Of a stretch of 56,823 nucleotides of DNA, positions 48,418 through 56,823 are shown piece after piece. The translations under genes and the position numbers were made by a program. The stretch spans positions 79,026-135,848 of the forward strand of contig JBNGIO010006211.1 in the NCBI GenBank assembly GCA_049999805.1, read 5' to 3'. Every line of letters starts with the position of its first letter. The stretch's first letter is position 1. The DNA is from Folioceros fuciformis (lineage: Eukaryota). Under the pieces are notes generated by a model, which saw only the letters and a list, made by a program, of their open reading frames with translations, had not been told where the DNA came from and did not search any database.

Positions 48418-49183
48418 ATTGCAGGAGCCTCAGACTGTATTTGTTGGTAAAGGTTGGTATGAAAGGTAGCACGTACGCCTTGTCCAAGTTTGCAAGGTCG
48501 AGGACTTATTTGCTCAAAGCATCAGACTGTCCCAATGCTGTAGACATATTTGCAGAGCGCTGTCCTTGCGGGGCCAGATGATTGACCACTCTCGCATTCG
48601 AAACCATGTCCAAAGCAGCACAATGTCCCAATAAAGTAAAACATAGTTGCAAAACACTGTTCTTGCGAGGCTGGATCATTGAGGCCTCTGAATTCGAAAA
48701 ATTTCTCTCGAAATTGCGAAGTTCGTTGACCATGTTATCTCACTCGCTTAAACTTTTCGTCCATGTCCAAATCTTTAGCGTGCAAATGTGATTCGATCAG
48801 GAACACGCTGCTTCAGGAACACACAACGGAACACGCTCAGGTATGTCCAACTGGCCAACACCATCAGCATATATGCAGCTGCACCCGCAAGGCCCTCTCG
48901 CCTTCTCCTCTTCCGCATACGTTCTACTTGGGATTATAGGGAGTGAAATAGCTTTGTTGTCCAAGTACGTGAGATCTTGGAATTTGCAATTTGGCCCTCT
49001 TGGGATTGAAATAGTATTTCATTGGCGAAAAAGAGGTCCTGGAATCTATAATTTGGCCTTTCAAGGGAATGAAATAGTGTTTGGTTCTCAAAATAGAGAG
49101 ATCTTGGATTTTATAATTTAGCCCTCCTTGGCATGCTACTCCAACTCACTGCTATCCCTCCTAACAAATAAACCCTAAACCCT

Positions 49184-49560
49184 AGCCACCTAAGGAGACT
49201 TATAGGAGTTTAGGGATGCCTATGCTGCTACAAATGCCTCTCACGGCCTAATTCTGCACGAGCCACCTAAGGAGACCTATAGGAGTTTGGGGACGCCTAC
49301 GCACCACTATGCCCTACCACTGGTCACTTTCTTGCTCTTACATTGCGACGAATGCCTCTCATTGCCTAAGTTACTACACTAGCCACCTAAGGAGACCTAT
49401 AGGAGTTTAGGGACGCTTATGCACCATTATGCCCTACCACCGGTCACTTTCTCACTCTTACATTGCGACGAATGACTCTCATGGCCTAACTTTGCACTAG
49501 CCACCTAAGGAGACCTATAGGAGTTTAGGGACACCTAAGCACCACTATGCCGTACCACCT
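49184..49560. repeat. Tandem array of four AGCCACCTAAGGAGACCTATAGGAGTTTAGGG-headed units (periods ~77, 120, 118 bp)
   Basis: Unit heads at ~49184, 49261, 49381 and 49499. Confidence 0.88.
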
Positions 49561-49620
49561 AGCTAGACCACCTAGACCCTTGACAACTACAAAAACTCTT
49601 GATGGATTTGAGGAACACTC

Positions 49621-49790
49621 TGTTAGGAATGAAACCCTAACATTGTTTATACCTTAGTTGATAGACTAGGGGTTAGTCATTAAACTCAAGAGACATCACA
49701 AGTTTTGTATATAAGAGCTTCTATCTTAATTGAAACTCGCTCTCTTTGTATTATGTCCTTTTTAGCTAAATGCATGATATAAAGTAAACA
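49621..49790 (+). repeat. Putative 5' LTR (~170 bp, TG...CA) of the copia element
   Basis: Starts TGTTAG, contains TATATAA and ends AACA directly before the PBS. The left boundary cannot be confirmed without the 3' LTR. Confidence 0.6.
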
Positions 49791-49802
49791 TGGTATCAGA
49801 GC
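49791..49802 (+). promoter_or_regulatory. Primer-binding site complementary to initiator tRNA-Met
   Basis: TGGTATCAGAGC, the canonical plant LTR-retrotransposon PBS. Confidence 0.9.
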
Positions 49803-49937
49803 ACAACGATGCTTGAGTCTTCCGCTATATTAATGATGATTAGTCTTATGGCATCTAGGTTGGGTAGTTGTTTCCTATACTTGATCTAGAAATCATCATT
49901 ATAGCTAGATGAATTCTAGCTATTTTTCCTTACAAAT

Positions 49938-50381
49938 ATGACTAGAAGGAACGGTAGACGAGGTGAAAGAAATCCAGCACCATTGTCAGCTTCTTCTAGG
50001 TCATCTAGGGATCAATACATCTTACAATGTCATAATAATTTAATCTCTGAAGGTTGGATTTCTGACATAGATGAATTGAGAGCTAGAAGGGGCAGATTCT
50101 TTGCTGAACAGGCTTTGGTTAATCCTAGTTATTTTGAGGACAGAGTTCAAGCTCACAGGGAGCGAATCCTAGCATGTTCTCAGCAAAGAGATGGCGACGA
50201 TGTGGAGCGGTCATCTCCTGACAGAGGGGTGGAGAGTCTTATAGAAGAATCTCTTTATCTCTCCACCAATCCACGCTCAATTGACAGAATATTGAGGCGC
50301 CTGGAAGTACTGGAATTAGCGTTGGTGCGATTTGTTGCGAACACGTTCACCTTTCTTGGTGGAAATCTCTTCCGACGTTGA
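49938..50381 (+). CDS. Uncharacterised 147-aa ORF between the PBS and gag of the copia element
   Basis: ATG-initiated open frame with a basic N-terminus (TRRNGRRGER) and charged helical body. No recognised homology. Confidence 0.4.
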   Translation: MTRRNGRRGERNPAPLSASSRSSRDQYILQCHNNLISEGWISDIDELRARRGRFFAEQALVNPSYFEDRVQAHRERILACSQQRDGDDVERSSPDRGVESLIEESLYLSTNPRSIDRILRRLEVLELALVRFVANTFTFLGGNLFRR

Positions 50382-53300
50382 ATCTGTTCGGAGAGAAGTG
50401 CTTTTAGTGGCGAATAATATTTCTAATCTCTCAGTGAGAAATTGTCCAGCCCCAATCTCTGGATTGCAGCCATCAGCGGCATTGTTTCTGGAGACACTTG
50501 TTCCTACGAGAGAAGTTGGTGCTACAGGCACAAAGTGAGGCAAAAGATGCAAATTTGAAACGGCAGAAATCAGTCAAGGAGAGAGGTGTGCAAGCTTGCA
50601 GCCCAGCTACCAATCGGCGCCCCTGATGAAGGCGCCTATTAGAGTGGCTGCCAGCTCTACACACTCTTGCTTGGTTGGACTAATCTACCGCTTAATCTTG
50701 CATCTCCTCGCGTCTCCCACGCCAGCCACCAGGGTTAAGGGCACCGGTTAGTTTTTGGTTCATGGGACTTTTCTGGTTCTTAGGGTTTAAGGTGTCGTTT
50801 CACAATTAAACCTAGGCCTCTACTTTATTTTACCTGTAGTGAGTTGGCTAGGACTCTGTGCCAGAATAGCCTTGTTCCTCTTCTCGCGTACTTCTCTTTG
50901 TAGCTGAAGTCCCTGTATAACATTTGTTAGTACAGCCTACATGTAATCTAAGGACACATTTTACCTGTAGGTTATGTTTATATTGAATTCAGATTCAGAG
51001 CCACTCTCTTGGCTGTTCTCGAATCCGCCTCTTCCTTAGCCCATTTCCTCATGAACACATTGCTATTGCCACAACATCTACAGGCTCAACTTACACAGGT
51101 GAGTTCAAAGAAAAGGACAGATTCGACATGACTCAGGTCCGGTTTGAAAGCTGGAGAGCTCGCATGAAGGCACACCTCAACGCTTGCAACGTATGGGAGT
51201 ATGCTGATGGTTCTCTCCCAGATCCTTCCATTGTTCCTGTTGGTGGATAACAACCCACACAGGATGTTATACACAAAGTGGAAGAAGGGCAACAAGATCG
51301 CCTTTGCGATCCTTCTATTAGGGCTTGATGAAACCACTGTTACTGAGGTGGAGTTTCTCACAACAGCAGCAGCAGCATGGAAACAACTAGTTGACACGTA
51401 CCAAGTACAGAACATACTTACTCTAGTAGCTACTCGAAATGCTTTCCATGCGTTGCGTCTGAAGGATGGAGAATCTATGGGAGCACATGTGTCCAAGCTG
51501 TGTTATCTAAGAGTGGAGTTGGCTGGGCTCAACAGCAAGATCTCAGAGGTGGACATGACTGCACAGCTCATTGCCAGCCTCCCTGCCTCATATCAGACGT
51601 TTGTGTCCAGCCAGAATGTATCTCTAAGGGAAACATGTGCTGTTGTAGCAACTGGTAGACATGCAACCTTTAACTTCAATGAAGTTGTTGGTGCTCTCCT
51701 GCAAGAAGAACAGAGTCATAAGACAAGTTCAAGAAGCCACCTACGTGGTGACAAGGTCATGTTTGCTGCTAAGGGCAAATAACCTTGGAAGGGCAAGGAT
51801 AAGAAAAAGGAGAAAAATAGTAATAGTGGCAGTCAGAATAAACATACCTTGCCTAGAGGTTCCAGTAAACGCCAGGGTAATTGTAACTGGTGTGGCATTT
51901 TGGGTCACAGGGAAAGGGACTGCCGGAAAAAGAAATAGGGGGAGCCCAAGAGTTCCAAAGCCAAAGTTCATGTAACTTCTAAGGAATAGAAGCTGTCTCG
52001 TTCTCAGCATAAGAGTGGGAGTACTGTTCTCACAGTTTGCCTCACGGCTTATAAAGAACGGACATCTTCCTAGTTTGTTGATTCAAGTGCAACCACACAT
52101 ATCTGCAACAATCGTGATCTGTTCTCCAACGTGCACAAGCAGTAGTCACCTCAACTTGTGTATGTGGGTGATGCTCGTGGAGTGCATGTAAAAGGGACAG
52201 GCTAAGTGGACATACCTCTACTTGGTGGTTCAGTCTTGCATCTTGATGACGTTCTGTTTGTCCCAGAGATGAGCAAGAATCTCCTGTCCATAAGAGCTCT
52301 TGTCCAGAGTCAGCAGTATGTATTTAAGTTTGAGAACAGGAAGTGCTATATTTACAGGCAGTCTTGTCCTAATGTCTCTGTTGCTAAGGCTGTTCTTACT
52401 AATGATCTGTATCAATTAGTGACTGTCCACAAGCCTAAGGTCAGGGCACTAGTTGCTACTCATAAGTTCCAAGCTAATCTCTGGCATGCACGATTAGGTC
52501 ATGTTAATAAATCTAAGCTAGATCTAATGTCGTCATCCAGCTGCTACAGAGAACCACTATATGCTTTAAGCATCTTGACATATGTAGTTCGTGTGTCTTG
52601 TCTAAGCAAAAAGAACTACCCTTCAAGAACAAATTAGATACTAGGGCTACTACAGTGTTAGAGCTCATTCATGCTGATGTGGCTGGAAAACTCCCTGTTA
52701 AGTCTCTTGGGAGAGCCAAATATTATCTCTCTCACAGATGACTTCTCTCGGTACACTTGGATTTTTCCTTTGAAGCTAAAAAGTGATGTCTTTGAGACCA
52801 TTGCTTCCTAGATAACAATGGTTCAATGTCAAACAAGAAAATTGCTTAAGTGTTTCCGGACAGATAACGGAGGGGAATTTACAGGTCATGAGTTTGATCA
52901 CCTGTTTCGGCAGTTTGGAATTACTCTTTAGCTGTTTATTGCCTATACCCAGCAGCAGAACGGAGTTGTTGAACACAAGAACCAAACACTCATGGGGATG
53001 ACCAGAAGTATGCTCTCCTGGGCCTCATTGTCAAAAGAATTCTGGCTAGAGGCTGTAGTGACAGCCACGTATATCCTTAATCGAGTGATCACTTCAGCTC
53101 CTCTAGGAATGGCTCCATATGAAGGTTTCTGGGGCAAGAAACCTAGTCTTCTTCATCTTTGAGTTTTTGGCTCTATGGCGTTTGCTTATATCCCTGAAGC
53201 CAGAAGAGGGAAGTTAGATGATAAGGCTAAACCCTTAATCTTTCTGGGGTATTCTCAGGAGTCTAAAGCTTATAAGTTATATGACCCTCAAACATCCAAA

Positions 53301-55268
53301 ATTACCTTATCTCGCAACTGTACTTTCAAGGAACTCTCTTCTCCTAAGTTGCATGTTGATCCAACTAGAGATACATCTCCTCTAGATGAAGATCCTTCTC
53401 TGGATTCTCCCTATATGTATCCTGTCTCAGATGGAGATTCGCCTAAAGTACAGGATCATGAGGATGCTAATCAAGCTGTACTGGGTAATGGCAACATCAC
53501 TGAAGATGAACAGACTAAGGAAGTGTTAGCCGATTTACCTGCTGCTCCTGTTCTGGATGAAGATGATTTGAATTCTTCTGGTCAGGATGTTGAGGATGGT
53601 CCTCTTACTGCGATGGATGAGGATGGACAGTCCATGCAAGGTTCTGAAGATGTGCTGTCCAACTCTGATTCTCATGTTGGTGATCCTGCACAAGAAGGTT
53701 CAGATGTAGTTCAACCAGAAACGAGATATCCAACTCGTGAGCAACGAAGAAGGGAAAATTGGTTGGAACCACCCTATCAAGCTTTTGATTTTCACCGACC
53801 TGCTGTAAATGTCTCAGATCTTCATGTCCCTGATGTTAGACCAGATCCTCAGACATATTCAAAGGCTCTGAATGGACCAGATGGAGACCACTGGTGGAAA
53901 TCTATACAAGACGAGTATAATCGTCTTATTAACAACAGACCATGGGAGCTTGTTGACCTACCAGTTGGAAGAAAACCCATTAGCTGCAAGTGGGTCTTCA
54001 AGACCAAGTTGAAGTCTGATGGGACCATTGCACGCTACAAATCTAGATCAGTAGCTAGGGGGTTTAGTCAAATCCCAAGGATAGACTATGGTGAGACGTT
54101 TTCCCTAGTGGTCAAGCCCCCGTCCATTCGCATTTTGCTTGCAATGGCTACTGAGTACAATTTGGAGGTGCACCAGATGGATGTGTGCACTGCATTTCTT
54201 CATGGTGAACTTGAGGAAATGCTGTATATGCAGCAACCAAAGGGGTTCGTCAATAAGAAGGATGCCCAGAAAGTATGTCACTTGTTGAAAACTATTTATG
54301 GACTGAAGTAAAGTCCCCGGGCTTGGCATAAAAGAATTATTAAATACCTGTGTAAGCTGGGTTTTCTTCAAAGTCCGGCGGATACCAATGTCTTCTATCT
54401 GGCTTCAGGTGCTTTGTTTGTCATCTTGGCATTGTATTTTGATGAATGTGTCTTGCTGGGTAATGACCTAGGCCAGATGGACAAAGTTAAAGACATGTTA
54501 CGACAGGAGTTTGAAATGACTTACCACGGTGAACTCCAGTTTTGCTTAGGAATTCAGATTCTTAGAAATAGGCAAGCAGGTCAAATCATACTCCATCAAA
54601 CTAAGTACCTTAAGGAAATCTTGAAGCGGTTTAATCTGGATGCAGCTCGTCCTGTGACCACACCATCAACTGTGGGGGAGAAGTTGACACAAGCCATGTC
54701 ACCACAGAGTCCGGATGCGATTTCTGACATGAGCCTTGTGCCTTATGCTGAAGCTGTGGGTTGCTTGATTTTTCTAGCAAATTGGACAAGGCCAGTCATT
54801 AGTTATGCAGTACGTCAGGCTTCTCAATTCCTCAAACAACCTGGATGGTTACACTAGGCGGCTGTTAAAAAATGCATATATAGATATCTTAAAGGAACCA
54901 TCTCGTATGGTCTTCACTACACATTCAGTGGGAGCAACATTTTAACACTTATCTCTTATGCTAATGCCGACTAGGCGTCTAATGCTGACACTCGTAGGAG
55001 CTTGTCGGCATACTGCTTCATGTTGTCCTCAGGATCTGTTAGTTGGAGCTGTTTAAAGCAGACTTCCCTTGCTCTGTCCTCTACTGAGGCGGAGTACAAA
55101 GCTCTTACAGATTCCTGCAAGAAGGCTGAATGGCAACGACAGTTCTTAGAGTCAGTAAATCAAACTCAAAAAGGGCCTACATTGCTTCACTGTGACAATC
55201 TGAGTGCTATAGCTCTTGTCTCTAATCCTAGATTCCATGCACGCACAAAACATATAGAATTGTACCAT

Positions 55269-56823
55269 CACTAACAGTGTCTAACCCAGACAGGCATATT
55301 CCGCCATTTCAGGCTTCGCGAGATTTTGACGTTGGAAACTCATGTAAGATATTTGCATTTTCCCTTGTTTTTGTCAGGAGAACTCGAAATGTGGCCTAAA
55401 AGAGTGGTGAGTATGAACTTAATCATCAATTGTTTCCAAAGTACTAGCAAATTTGCAGGTGTCATTGCAATCAAATACATGACCAAACCTCGTAATATGG
55501 CGGGTATCACGTAATTCACGTGTTATCGGATTCCATGTAAAGTCGTAGGTGTTTGAGCGATACCTCATATCAGGTGACCCTATTCCTCAAAATTATCTTC
55601 CGTTGATATCTATATGCATTTTTCAGAAACGGTAACGAAATAGAACACCAGTGACCCGGCGCGGAACAAGCGGGAGTGCACTGGTAGACCGGCGCACTCT
55701 TTAGTCTAGTGCGCCGATTGACCGGCGCACACTGCCAAAGGCACATGTATGTCAAGTGGAAAACGAAACTTGACTGGCGCTACATACAATAATTATTATA
55801 CCAGTTTGTACTTAACACTTTTATCTAAAAGTCTTACAAGTTTTCATTATTTTCAGGTGGCAGTGTATCCTGGTTGCGATTGAGGACATATAGGCTTCTG
55901 CGAATGAGAGTCCTCGTTCGGGAGGGAAGCTGTTTTTGGCGTGTCAAGTCAAATCCATATGCTAGAATAAAAGTGTCTTCAATGAATAACATATCTATAT
56001 GCTTTCGAAGTCTTCTGCTTGACCTGCGACTGCGACCGCCACATAACCCTCTTGGCAGAGCTTCATGTGGTAAAATTATCTCTTCTTGGTAACAACCCTC
56101 AAAAGCATCTGAACATTTGGTTACCCACCAGTGCACTTTGACATATGGTTCTTCGCATGTAATATCTGCCTCTAAGACTTTGGCAATCCAAAATGGCCAA
56201 TTGTCTTCGTCAGTCTTGCAAGGGACTGCAATCATATGCCCTTTTTCTATTTCGGTTATATCCCCGTTCAAACTGTCGCGGTCGTCATTGAGGTCCGGCT
56301 CCCCACGGTATGCCCCCGCATACATGTTTCTTCTGGGAATCTCGCGGATGCGTGGATTGTGAACAACCATTTCTTCTGGTACAGTAACGGGTGTGTTCAA
56401 TATTTCTGCTACCTCCCGATTATACCATCGCCAAGGAGAATAAAGGTCTTTGTCTACACCGAAGTTTATAGAATGCACGATAGCCTCTTGCTCTACCCAA
56501 AACCCATCCCACCACAAGTTCTTGCCTGGTCCTAAGTGTTGTCGTAATCGCATCTCCAGTTTTGATCTGATTTGTGCTAGATGATATTCAACGACATTGT
56601 CCGGAATTGTCCTTTGTTTTTTGCTCTTGGATTGTAGATGTAAAAATGGAGTAGCTTTGATATTTGTGTCCGGAATATGCTTCAGAAACTCGATACCCTC
56701 ATCCGGTGACTAAAATTCGTCTATACAATATTGCTTCATGTGCATCATTATTATAAAGCCCCATTCACCTCGGCTCTCCCTTGTGATCTTGAACTGGTGT
56801 TGGAACGAAATATTGTGCAGTGG
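55269..56823 (-). mobile_element. Probable DNA transposon inserted into copia RNase H; 3' part of a transposase-like gene at 55834->56823 with one in-frame TAG at 56710-56712
   Basis: Copia homology stops abruptly at CACTA (55269). GACCGGCGC-type short repeats occur in both orientations at ~55650-55785. The minus frame runs to the window edge: LHNISFQHQFKI..MKQY..F*SPDEG..WWDGFW..PFWIAKV..VHWW. Confidence 0.5.

Larger units (their letters stand above)
49621..55270 (+). mobile_element. Decayed Ty1/copia LTR retrotransposon (gag, CCHC knuckle, protease, integrase, RT, RNase H), 3' truncated
   Basis: CNWCGILGHRERDC; FVDSSATTH; LWHARLGH; RTDNGGEF; PQQNGVVE; WVFKTK..YKSRSVARGFSQ; HQMDV.TAFLHG; YGLK; ALSSTEAEY; CDNLSAI..FHARTKHIE. 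The PR-INT-RT-RH order is copia. Many in-frame stops. Confidence 0.95.

Noticed and set aside
49184-49560. CRISPR-like repeat/spacer appearance
   Set aside because: The intervening sequences are themselves near-identical, the context is eukaryotic and there are no cas genes. It is a tandem repeat.

Overview
Compact, intron-rich land-plant nuclear DNA. The short introns and a DYW:KP-type PPR gene suggest a hornwort, fern or lycophyte, most plausibly a hornwort (inference). Genes from left to right: class II KNOX homeobox (5' end outside the window), CRUMPLED LEAF (CRL, CpcT-like), a PLS-PPR-E-DYW:KP RNA-editing factor, an intronless EamA transporter, an EDR1-like Raf kinase, tocopherol cyclase, a RabA GTPase, an alpha-tubulin pseudogene, VPS41, an ankyrin-AAA (CbxX-like) gene, an F-box/kelch gene and two decayed ARIADNE copies. 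The right end holds a decayed Ty1/copia element cut by a probable DNA transposon. The main finding is that the DYW:KP gene appears chimeric. An inverted local duplicate of CRL (exons 1-4 and the start of exon 9) keeps its exon lengths and most splice sites and splices in frame onto the PPR array. A second copy of the same block at ~14750-15800 has lost the PPR. All calls come from reading the sequence and recalling motifs; no searches were run.
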